Assembly (NCBI RefSeq): GCF_006345805.1
Contig: NW_021823866.1
Span: forward strand, 1-20,691
Source: Octopus sinensis
Lineage: Eukaryota
Length of the DNA: 20,691 bases
Reading direction: 5' to 3'
Within the stretch, counting starts at the first letter, position 1, and every line of letters begins with the position of its first letter. The position numbers were made by a program, and so were the translations under genes. Under the pieces are notes generated by a model. That model searched no databases and was not told the DNA's origin. It worked only from the letters and a program-made list of their open reading frames with translations. Positions 1 through 9,393 of this stretch are shown in pieces.

Positions 1-452
1 CACACAACGCATACACACACACACGAACACACACACATCCAAACTTGCATACACACACACACCCACGTATGTCTGCGTGTATCTAATTCTATTCAAATTT
101 TCCCTCCCTTCCCTTTAAGTATTTCTCTTTTCCTTTCTTTCCTCTTCTTTATTATCGTCTGTTTTTTCTTAGAAAATTTACTCCATTCTTCTTAAAATCT
201 AGAAAATTTCTCTTTCAGTTTCCGTTTTCGCTTCTCACAATATTTCTTCTCCAAGTCTCACTCTCACCACATCTGTGCCTATCCTCTCCGTTTTACTCAC
301 ACAATTTCCCTCACTTCTTCTTTTAGACTAATCATTCTATTGTACGATGGTGAGACCGAGCGAAGGATAGGTCACAACAATCAGCCTTGTCGCGCTCGTG
401 TTCTCTTTAAAATCACATCGCTAACGGCCTTGTCAACGATGATACACTATTT

Positions 453-1119
453 GGATCTGAAGGCGGCGAGCTGGCAGAACCGTTAGCACGCCGGGCGAAA
501 TGTGTAGCCGTATTTCGTCTGCCGCTACGTTCTGAGTTCAAATTCCGCCGAGGTCGACTTTGCCTTTCATCCTTTCGGGGTCGATTAAATAAGTACCAGT
601 TACGCACTGGGTCGATGTAATTGACTTAATCCCTTTGTCTGTCCTTGTTTGTCCCCTCTATGTTTAGCCCCCTGTGGGCAATAAAGAAATAGATACACTT
701 TTCGGTTTGAACGGCAGTTTTTAAAAATAATTTCCACGTAACTAAACACTTTTAAACTTCGTATACTGGTAGAATGTGTTTATAAAACATCTTTTTCTCT
801 TGGCTTTATTGAGAAAATTCTGTAGTTTGTAAGATATTTGTTGTTTTTTTCTTCAATTTCTGCAATTTCAACCAATCAATGACGTCTATTGAGGTGAAAA
901 AACATTGTGCCGTATGGATATGTCCCTCGTTTAAGAAACAGATTGGGTTTATTTACATTTGTGAAGAAAAAAATATACCCTCCCCCCATCCCTAACCCTA
1001 ACTAACCCTAACCCTAAAACAGATTGAAATGCAATAGATCGATACTGGGGTCATAATTATGGGTGACAATTTTATATGACACCGCTAGAAAAAAACTGCC
1101 GTTCAAACCGAAAAGATCC
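453..1119. mobile_element. Non-autonomous TIR DNA transposon (MITE) with 8-bp TSD and GG...CC termini (possibly Merlin-like); left TIR interrupted by a SINE
   Basis: Right TIR AAAAACTGCCGTTCAAACCGAAAAGATCC (1091-1119). Its reverse complement is split into GGATCT (453-458) and TTTCGGTTTGAACGGCAGTTTTT (700-722). Identical CACTATTT at 445-452 and 1120-1127. Superfamily is inference. Confidence 0.85.
462..691 (+). mobile_element. Full-length tRNA-derived SINE, family A (Nin/Deu-like central domain)
   Basis: Head GGCGGCGAGCTGGCAGAA, B-box-like GAGTTCAAATTCC (534-546), central GCCTTTCATCCTTTCGGGGTCGATTAAATAAGTACCAG (562-599), tail AATAAAGAAATA. Near-identical copies at 17720 and 20123. Confidence 0.9.
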
Positions 1120-1217
1120 CACTATTTTCTTCGAAAAAAACTTTTACGTTCGGGTTCCATATATAAATGAAAGAATGGAGTCGAACGATGATTTAACAAA
1201 ATTCCTTTATTCTCGAC

Positions 1218-1460
1218 ATCAGTGACGTCTATTGAGGTAAAAAAAACATTCTGTGCCGTATGAATATGTCCCTCGTTTAGGAAACAGTTTGGGTTTATTT
1301 ACATTTGTGAAGAAAATAAAGATACCCTTCCCCCCACCCCTAACCCTAACCCTAACCCTAAAACAGATTGAAATGCAATAGATCGATACTAGGGTCATAA
1401 TTATGGGTGACAATTTCATGACATCGCTAGAAAAAACTGCCGTTCAAACCGAATAGATCC
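1218..1460. mobile_element. Second, one-ended copy of the MITE (right half with right TIR)
   Basis: Direct repeat of 875-1119 ending in AAAAAACTGCCGTTCAAACCGAATAGATCC; contains (CCCTAA)4 at 1338-1361. Confidence 0.9.
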
Positions 1461-1578
1461 TATGTATGTATGTATGTATGTATATGTATATATGTATGTA
1501 TGTATGTATATGTATGTATGTATATATATGTATGTATGTATACGTATGTATGTATGCGTATGTATGTATGTATGTATA
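1461..1578. repeat. (TATG)n microsatellite
   Basis: Direct reading. Confidence 0.97.
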
Positions 1579-1579
1579 T

Positions 1580-1722
1580 CGCGCTTCTTTCGGTTTGTGT
1601 CAACCATATCACCTGCCAAAGATTTTGTCAGCCCAGGGTACACAAGGCGTCACGCAGTGTGACTGAACCCTGAACCCGGAACCAAGGCATGTTGTTTGGG
1701 AGCAACAGACACGCCTGCATGT
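1580..1722 (-). mobile_element. Degraded 5' half of family B SINE
   Basis: GCTTCTTTCGGTTT...CAAGGCGTCACGCAGTGTGACTGAACCC...GGAACCA resembles the reverse complement of 5763-5925. Confidence 0.65.
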
Positions 1723-2503
1723 AGAGGTATAAACACACACATACACACATATATATATATGTATGTATATACATACCAACATACATGTGTAGATGTGTGT
1801 ATAAGGAATTTGTGTATTTGTTCAGTTAGTCTCTATACACGCCACTCCTTATGGCCCCCACCCTAAATAACACAGGAAAGTCACCTGTAAACAGAGCCCC
1901 TTTTCTATTGGTTTGTCATCATACAAATTCAACCATTTTCGACCCAATCGGGCGAGAATGTTTAGGGTTTTTAGGGGACAAATAAATCCGGGTAGAAAAA
2001 AACACCCCGTTTAAGAAAAAAGAAAAAAAACAACAAAAGATAAAGGAAAAAAACTTTGAAATTTAATACTTTTATTTCGTACCCCTTCTTTACCCGTCAT
2101 TAATTATTTGTATTTTGTTTTGTTTTGTATGCTTGTGTCTGTGTGTGTTTTCTTTTTCGTCGTCACGGGGGTGCGTCAGGCGAAGGAGAAGCTTCGAGGG
2201 TGAGGAAGGAGTGTTTTGTATGTATTTATATATTTATTTATTTATGCAGATTTTATCGAAGGTTTTTTTTTTCTCTCACTAAAGAAACTTGTAAGATATA
2301 TTTTTAGACACAAACACACATGCATGAACACACTCACATACACAGGAGTACAGACAGATACAGTTAAGCAAAAATCTATCTATTTGTCTATCAATCTATC
2401 CCTCCATCCATCCATCTATCTACCAACAACGAGATCTATCTATCAGTCTATCTATCCATCTATCTACACACACACATACACATACATACATATGTACAAT
2501 ATA

Positions 2504-2562
<59 letters not shown>

Positions 2563-2683
2563 ATATATATATATAATATAAAGTTAATCCAAACATGAAA
2601 ACACAAAGAGAAAACACAACAACGCGAGGACGTGGAACAAGTACAGTGTTATTGGACGCTCAGGAAGGAAGGGAAGAAGGAGG

Positions 2684-2718
2684 GTTTTACGTTTCGAGCG
2701 GAGCTCTTCGTCAGAAAC
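2684..2718 (-). ncRNA. Minimal type I hammerhead ribozyme (Penelope-like style)
   Basis: Minus strand reads GUUU-CUGACGA-A-GAGC-UCC-GCUC-GAAA-C-G-UA-AAAC: canonical core, 4-bp stem II, loopless palindromic stem III, GUA triplet, 4-bp stem I. Confidence 0.75.
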
Positions 2719-2799
2719 ATAGGAAAAGGAAAGATCCAGAGAAAGGAAGACGGAGGGAAAAAAATCGCCAACGGTACACACGAGGTCACATTTTGAATG

Positions 2800-2945
2800 G
2801 TAAATGTAATATGTGACAATTATTCGGTAGCCATGACAAAACTCCGACTTTCGGATGCCGGGGTGGAAAACCCCAGCCACCGGAAAAAGTGCGAAACTCG
2901 GAGTTTTATCATGCCTACTGAATAATTGTCACATATTACATTTAC
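2800..2945. repeat. Foldback inverted repeat with 54-bp arms
   Basis: 2800-2853 pairs with 2892-2945 with 4 differences; 38-bp GC-rich spacer. Confidence 0.95.
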
Positions 2946-3486
2946 ATTTAGATCAGAGCAGACTTCCACCTTTCTCTTCTTCAAATCGAATATCAGCTGC
3001 CGAGGAGGGACTCACATTCCCTACACACATTTTACGATACTCAAACTCTTCCACCGTTTTCCGTAATGCATTCTGATCAGAGTCCAGTTGTGCGGAAAAA
3101 CCACGGGTTTACAACTCGTGTGTCTCAGCGCGAATCAATCTCTCCGCTCTCTGGTAGTTCGTGTCAGCGGTCCCTAGCACCGGATCAACCATTTCGCAAT
3201 ATAAACACGTGCTTAGGACATCAAGGGTAGGAGTGGGGCCCCCACCAAAATGGTAAATGGTTTATGTCACAAAAGCAATCACTTTAAACTTGCTAGAATA
3301 ATATTCGGGACGCCTTATCTCTTGCTAAGTACAGAAGCAGATGCGTTACATAAGATTAATTCTGAGACCCTGATCAAAGAGTCTACAATTAAGAAAAAAT
3401 GTAGAAGACTTTCCGAATATAAATAAAGTGGTTGGATACTAAAACAAACATTCTTTTCCATCTTACTGGTGGTTTTGTCCGTCCTT

Positions 3487-3772
3487 GTGTGTGTGTGTGT
3501 GTGTGTGTGTGTAGCTTGTGTGCATGTGTGCGTGAGTTGCTTGTCTATGTGTGTTGCATGTGTGTGTGTGTGTGTGTGTGTGTGTTCCTTGTGTGTATGT
3601 GTGAGTTCCTTGTGTGTATGTGTGTGTTCCTTGTGTGTGAGTGTGTATGTTCCTTGTGTGTGTGTGTGTGTGCGTGTGTGTGTGTGTGTTTGTGTTGCTT
3701 GTCTGTCTGTGTTGCATGTGTGTGTGTTCCTTGTGTGTGTGTATATGTTCCTTGTGTGTGTGTGTGTGTATG
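3487..3772. repeat. (TG)n microsatellite with recurring GTTCCTT interruptions
   Basis: GTTCCTTGTGTG recurs several times at about 22-bp spacing within the TG tract. Confidence 0.95.
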
Positions 3773-4039
3773 TAAATAGTATTCAAAGTGGTTTATGTTA
3801 TCAGAAATGTAATGTCGAAGTGCCCATGTTATCATAGTGAGAATCTGCTCAAAGGCTTGGCAATTAAAATTTTTAAAAAACAGTCGAAACGTTTTGAAAT
3901 CTAAATAAAGTGGAAGTCTACAAAAATAAACATTATTTCCCATTTTCCATTTTACTATTGTTTTGTTTTGTTTCATTTCGAAAAATAAACTAAAAATTAA
4001 TTTTGTGTGTCAGTAATTGTTTATATTTTGTATCCCACA

Positions 4040-4132
4040 TACGAGGGAGCGGCGAAAGGTTCCTAGATCCAAGGTGTCGCGAAAGACCTGGCGATCCGTT
4101 GTTTCCTTGAGCAAAACACTTCATTTCATTGC
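4040..4132 (+). mobile_element. Possible mariner-like TIR remnant joined to a CORE-like SINE fragment
   Basis: TA-CGAGGG...GAAAGGTTCC resembles mariner termini (from memory); TTCCTTGAGCAAAACACTT resembles ACCTTGGGCAAGTGTCTT of family B. No partner TIR. Confidence 0.3.
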
Positions 4133-4232
4133 GCCTACGTTGCAAAATTAATTTTAATTTTTTTAAAACACATCTTTCAGTAATTTAGATCGCAATTCAA
4201 ATCTATAAAATGTTTCAATTTTCTTTAAACCG

Positions 4233-4507
4233 TTTTACTCTCTTTTACTCTTTTACTTATTTCAGTCATTTGACTGCGGCCATGCTGGAGCACCGCCTTT
4301 AGTCGAGCAACTCGACCCCGGGACTTATTCTTTTTTTGTAAGCCCAGTACTTATTCTATCGGTCTCTTTTCCCGAACCGCTAAGTGACGGCGACGTAAAC
4401 ACACCACCATCGGTTGTCAAGCAATGCTAGGAGGACAAACACAGACACACAAACATACACGCACATACATATATATACATATATACGACGGGCTTCTTTC
4501 AGTTTCC
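4233..4507 (-). mobile_element. 3' half of family B SINE
   Basis: Reverse complement of about 5905-6175, including the (GAGTAAAA)n tail. Confidence 0.92.
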
Positions 4508-4939
4508 AAGGCAACACCAATGTCCTCTCAACGATTAGCCAGAGATGATTTTTAAAATGAGAATATCTGAAATAAACTTGACTACTCTCACAAATGAGAA
4601 TACTAAAAATGAACCTGATCACTCTCAAAAGTTAAGTAAAAAAAAACAGGAAAATATTCCAGAATCCTTGTCTGGTACCGGATCGATCCCAAAATCTAAT
4701 CAGTTCGTGCCAGTTATGAGGTCAAACATCCCTGAAAGTTTCATATGAATCCATCGAGCGGTTCTTGAAATATCTTGTCCATGGACAAACAGACACGACA
4801 CCAAGGTAACACCAATGTCCTCTCAACGATTAGCCAGAGATGTATTTTAAAATGAGAATATCTGAAATAAACTCGACTGCTCTCACAAACGAGAACACTA
4901 AAAATGAACTCGACCTCTCTCAAAAATTAAGTAAAAAAA
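4506..4939. mobile_element. About 1.5 units of a 295-bp tandem element, HINE/DINE-1 (non-autonomous Helentron)-like
   Basis: 4506-4644 repeats at 4801-4939. The intervening CCGGATCGATCCCAAAATCTAATCAGTTC...AAGTTTCAT..AATCC...GAAATATCTTG...ACAAACAGAC resembles HINE cores (from memory). The repeat is certain; the family is tentative. Confidence 0.6.
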
Positions 4940-5121
4940 TACACGCTCTTATTATTATTATCAGTTATTTTGTCCTGCAATTCTCTGGTTCACTGATAGT
5001 TGCTGTTGGAAAATGTGAACTACATTCCGCTGCTAATTGGGTTAGTTATTGCAACAGCAGTCCCAGATAGATCTTTGCACTATTAAACATGCCAAATAAT
5101 TGTTGCCTTGGTGGAGATTTG

Positions 5122-5183
5122 CTCTCTCTCTCCTCCTCTCCTCCTCATCTCCATCTTCCTCTTTCTCGCCTCTCCTCTCTCTC

Positions 5184-5239
<56 letters not shown>
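5122..5239. repeat. (CT)n microsatellite / pyrimidine tract
   Basis: Direct reading. Confidence 0.95.
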
Positions 5240-5243
<4 letters not shown>

Positions 5244-5301
5244 GTTCTTGTTTATTTATATATTGCGAACTGAGACGGATGACTGCCATGTTTAGCAGAC
5301 A

Positions 5302-5362
5302 GGTGTCCAGTACTGAGGAAGGGTAAGACCCTGAAACCAGTTCTGCTCTACTGGTCGTCACC
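5302..5362 (+). ncRNA. Type I hammerhead ribozyme with extended, bulged stem I
   Basis: GGUG-U-CCAGUA [CUGAGGA 5313-5319] AGGGU-AAG-ACCCU [GAAA 5333-5336] CCAG-UU-CUGC-UC | UACUGG-UCGU-CACC. Predicted cleavage after C5348; one C-C mismatch in stem III. Confidence 0.75.
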
Positions 5363-5511
5363 GCTGGATAGGAAGTTGTTTGCAATATAACGGACACAGA
5401 TATTGTGTCGTTAACCAGCTGGAACAAGTGTCCTCCTGGGGCTAAAGAGAGTAGTGGCATTGTCCTCAATGGAACGACCACGTTGAGGTGGCCAACAGCC
5501 ATTGCTTTTAA

Positions 5512-5760
5512 CTCTCTCTCTTTACTCTTTTACTTGTTTCAGTCATTTGACTGCGGCCATGCTGGAGCACCGCCTTTAATCGAGCAACTCGACCCCGGGA
5601 CTTATTCTTTTGTAAGCCCAGTACCTTATTCTGTCGGTCTCTTTTGCCGAACCGCTAAGTGACGGGGACGTAAACACACCAGCATCGGTTATCAAGCAAT
5701 GCTAGGGGGACAAACACAGACACACAAACACACACACGCATATATATGTATATACATATA
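5512..5760 (-). mobile_element. 3' half of family B SINE, inverted relative to the adjacent full copy
   Basis: Near-perfect reverse complement of 5927-6179. Confidence 0.93.
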
Positions 5761-5762
5761 TA

Positions 5763-6179
5763 GGCGCAGGAGTGGCTGTGTGGTAAGTAGCTTGCTTACC
5801 AACCACATGGTCCCGGGTTCAGTCCCACTGCGTGGCACCTTGGGCAAGTGTCTTCTACTATAGCCTCGGGCCGACCAAAGCCTTGTGAGTGGATTTGGTA
5901 GATGGAAACTGAAAGAAGCCCGTCGTATATATGTATATATATATATGTATGTGTGTATATGTTTGTGTGTCTGTGTTTGTCCCCCTAGCATTGCTTGACA
6001 ACCGATGCTGGTGTGTTTATGTCCCCGTCACTTAGCGATTCGGCAAAAGAGACCGATGGAATAAGTACTGGGCTTACAAAAGAATAAGTCCCGGGTCGAG
6101 TTGCTCGATTAAAGGTGGTGCTCCAGCATGGCCGCAGTCAAAATGACTGAAACAAGTAAAAGAGTAAAAGAGAGAGAGT
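5763..6179 (+). mobile_element. Full-length tRNA-derived SINE, family B (CORE-like domain, internal TA/TG tract; resembles octopus OR-type SINEs)
   Basis: A-box-like TGGCTGTGTGG (5773-5783), B-box-like GGTTCAGTCCC (5816-5826), CORE-like ACCTTGGGCAAGTGTCTTCTACTATAGCCTC (5837-5867), 3' GGTGCTCCAGCATGGCCGCAGTC..TGACTGAAAC and GAGTAAAA tail. Many copies in the window. Confidence 0.93.
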
Positions 6180-6539
6180 ATTCCGGGGACTTTTTGGAAC
6201 CACCTGTTAAAATGAGATCCGTAAACAGCAGCTTGGAGGTTTCTTCTGGAAGAACAAGGAACATAAAATGGTAATGGAAAAATAAGGCCTCGTTTGTACA
6301 AAAAAAAATTTGGACCTGGTGTTTGGGATCCCTAAGCAAATTTCGTTCCCCGGAGTCAATGCCATCACCAACACCATGAACATCACTATAGCAACCACCA
6401 CCATCATCGAATAACACCTCCGCCACCTCCACCACCTCAACTGTGACGGTCAGTTTACCTCCCACTACTACTCTCTTTTCTCTCCCCCGTTTCACACTTG
6501 CTCCGTCACTTCGACCATATAACAAAATCAAAGACATTT

Positions 6540-6707
6540 GAAAGGGACGGAGAGGGAGAGGGGCAAGGAGCGAGTTAGGGAGGGAGGATGAGAAGGGGAG
6601 GGAGAGAGAGAGGGAGAGAGAGAGAGAGAGTGTGTGTGTCTGGTTACCATGGCAAAATGGGGTCATTTGTATTCAGAGTACGTATAAATGTGGTTGTACT
6701 TATATAA

Positions 6708-6751
<44 letters not shown>

Positions 6752-7320
6752 GGGGTAAGAAAAAAAGAGAGAGGGGGAGCGTGAGTATGTGTGTGCGCGT
6801 GAGAGAGAGAGAGGGGGTGAGAAAGAAAGAGAGAGAGAAGGAACGTGAGTGAGCGTCGGTGTGTGTTGTGAGAGGGAGAGAGACAGAGAGAGAGGGTAAG
6901 AGAGAAAGAGAAAGAGAAAAGGGAGAGCACGCGCGTGTGTTCTACCGTGTTTGTGTGTGTGTGTGCTACTGTGTGTGTGTGTGAGCGTGTATGTGTACGT
7001 GAGCGTCGGAGTGTGCGTGAGAGTGTATGTATGTATTTGTCTATGTAGGAATATGTATGTATATATGTGTTTGTATGTCTACGTAGAAGTATATGCATAC
7101 ATATTTGAAGGTATGTCTGTATGTGTATATACAGTTCTGTGTGAGTGTTACTATGTGTATATATACATATATCACTATAGATACACCACTATCAATATAT
7201 ACATATGCACACACCTTCAAGCTCTCTCTCTCTATATATATATATATATAGGGAGAGAGAGAGAGAGAGATACAGACAATTGTATGTATGTATATATATA
7301 TACTGTATATATATAAATTA
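6540..7320. repeat. Compound GA/TG/TA low-complexity region
   Basis: Direct reading. Confidence 0.9.
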
Positions 7321-7517
7321 GAGATAAAACCACTATTAGGCAAACAGTGAAAAACATAAACCAAAACATCGAAATAAAATTAATTAATATAATTTACAAA
7401 ATAATAAATATAAAATTCAAAATTTAATTATTTAAATTTAAAGTTAAAATAAAATAAAAATTCTTTTTTTAATATTAATTATATATATATATATATAATA
7501 TATATATATATAATATA

Positions 7518-7557
<40 letters not shown>

Positions 7558-7934
7558 CTATATGGCTGTGTATATTTGTGTGTATACGCATGTCTGTGTG
7601 AATGTAGGTGTATACGTATTATGTGTCTATAACATGAATGTATTTGAATATATTAAACATGGTGTCCATGTGAAATTGCGCTGCTTTTCCGACCCGATTT
7701 TTTTCCCTCTCTGTTCGTGCTTTAGTTGCACGTGCTGGTTCGGTTGCACTTTCCATCGTTGTTATGGCAACCGCTGTCACTGCCGACCCAGGTGTTGTTC
7801 TTGCTTGTAGTAAACAGGTGGTTGTGTCGTTGCTGTTGGAATTCCATTGAGCCAGAGGAACCATCTTAAATAGAATTAGTAGTGAGCATGGGATTGTAAA
7901 GGATTTGGTTGTTATTACTAGCGATCAGGTGACC

Positions 7935-8098
7935 TATATATATAATATAATAATATATATCTATATATATATATACTATATATATATACACATTATATAT
8001 ATATACAAATAATATATATATATCATATATATATTATATATATATTATATTATATATATATATATATTTTATATATATAATATTAGTATATACTATAT

Positions 8099-8138
<40 letters not shown>

Positions 8139-8144
8139 ACTATA
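7935..8144. repeat. Imperfect (TA)n microsatellite
   Basis: Direct reading; similar tracts at about 2495-2580, 7478-7562, 8333-8428, 8662-8840 and 11070-11338. Confidence 0.95.
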
Positions 8145-8332
8145 TTTATTTTAAAAGCAGCAGAAAATTCAACAAACCTGTCCGACGACGGAAACGTGAA
8201 ACTCAGAGTAACATTTTGTTGAATTTTCTGCTGCTTTAAATAAAGCATATTACTCTACCCCTGGTATTTGAGTACTCTTTTTTTCCACCTTGTTTCACAT
8301 TTATGTGTTTACCAGTTACCCTTATATATCCG
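8145..8332 (+). mobile_element. Small foldback element in (TA)n containing a degenerate hammerhead; probable Penelope-like terminal remnant
   Basis: Perfect 23-bp IR (8154-8176 / 8215-8237) enclosing UGU-CCGACGA-CG-GAAA-CG-U-GAAA-CUC-A-GAG-UA-ACA (8179-8213); AATAAA at 8239-8244. Confidence 0.6.
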
Positions 8333-8342
8333 GTATATATAT

Positions 8343-8376
<34 letters not shown>

Positions 8377-8390
8377 ATATATATATTATA

Positions 8391-8429
<39 letters not shown>

Positions 8430-8579
8430 TGCAGCGTGGTGGAAGGTGTTGGGTTTGTAAGCCATTTAGAAACACACAAAGCCGTTAGATTCACTTCAAC
8501 ATATGAATTAAATTTGTCCGAATATTTTCGTCGCTTTGAGACCGCGACCTCTGCACTGATAAAGCTTCGTGCTGCATAT

Positions 8580-8665
8580 AAAAAAAGTCCGTTTCCTTTG
8601 TTTGATTTTATGTTTTCGTCTCTCGTTGTGTTCTACTTTTATTGTGTGGTGTCCTGTACTCATAT
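8580..8665. repeat. Diverged dispersed repeat, second copy at about 9011-9095
   Basis: AAAA.GTCC.TTTCCTT.GTTTGATTT.ATGTTTTCGT.TCTC.TTGTGTTC.AC...CCTGTAC.CATATA is shared by both. Confidence 0.75.
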
Positions 8666-8721
8666 AATATATAAATATCTATATTAATATATATATATAT
8701 ATATATATATTATTATATATA

Positions 8722-8759
<38 letters not shown>

Positions 8760-8781
8760 TTATATATACATGTAGATGTAA

Positions 8782-8850
<69 letters not shown>

Positions 8851-8956
8851 AATATGCATATAACAGGAAGCTTAACGAAAATAAACAAAAGACGAAGTAG
8901 GTGGAGTACAACACACAATTGTATTGGTATGCATATATTTTATTTAATTATTATAT

Positions 8957-8999
<43 letters not shown>

Positions 9000-9131
9000 T
9001 CGTTGTTTAAGAAAAATGTCCATTTTCCTTGGTTTTGATTTATGTTTTCGTTTCTCATTGTGTTCGACGTTTTTTTGGGGGGCCTGTACCCATATATGCA
9101 TGTATATATACATGTAGATGTAGGTACGTAC

Positions 9132-9134
<3 letters not shown>

Positions 9135-9164
<30 letters not shown>

Positions 9165-9213
9165 TGTATGTATGTATGTATGTATGTATGTATGTATGTA
9201 TGTATGTATGTAT
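9135..9213. repeat. (TATG)n microsatellite
   Basis: Direct reading. Confidence 0.97.
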
Positions 9214-9268
9214 TTATATGTTTTATTTTTTAATTTGTCATCAATTATATATATATATATATAGATAT

Positions 9269-9393
9269 AAAATCCATTCACATGCCTGTTGTTATACTAC
9301 AAGGCACGAACCCGGGGTGCCGCGCCCTGGAACTGAACTCGAAACAACACGTGACAAAATGAATTTGGTAATCACACACCCGTGTCTGCGCCT
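9269..9393 (-). mobile_element. Degraded 5' half of family B SINE
   Basis: AAATCCATTCACA...GGTGCCGCGC..TGGAACTGAACTCGAAAC...CTGCGCCT matches the reverse complement of the family B head. Confidence 0.65.

Noticed and set aside
462-546. tRNA gene at SINE heads
   Set aside because: Only A/B-box-like motifs, continuous with multi-copy SINE bodies; no complete cloverleaf seen.
990-1361. True telomere or chromosome fusion site
   Set aside because: Only about four units, at a fixed position within a MITE.
1840-2210. CCAAT boxes and CGTCA half-sites suggesting a promoter
   Set aside because: Short motifs with no linked gene or TSS evidence.
2953-3192. Minus-strand frame MVDPVLGTAD...THEL*TRGFSAQ...KGGSLL*
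   Set aside because: Internal stop and no recognisable domain; BLASTX would be needed.
6109-6666. 185-aa minus-strand ORF
   Set aside because: Runs through GA repeats, an ACC-rich tract and a SINE tail; no homology recognised.
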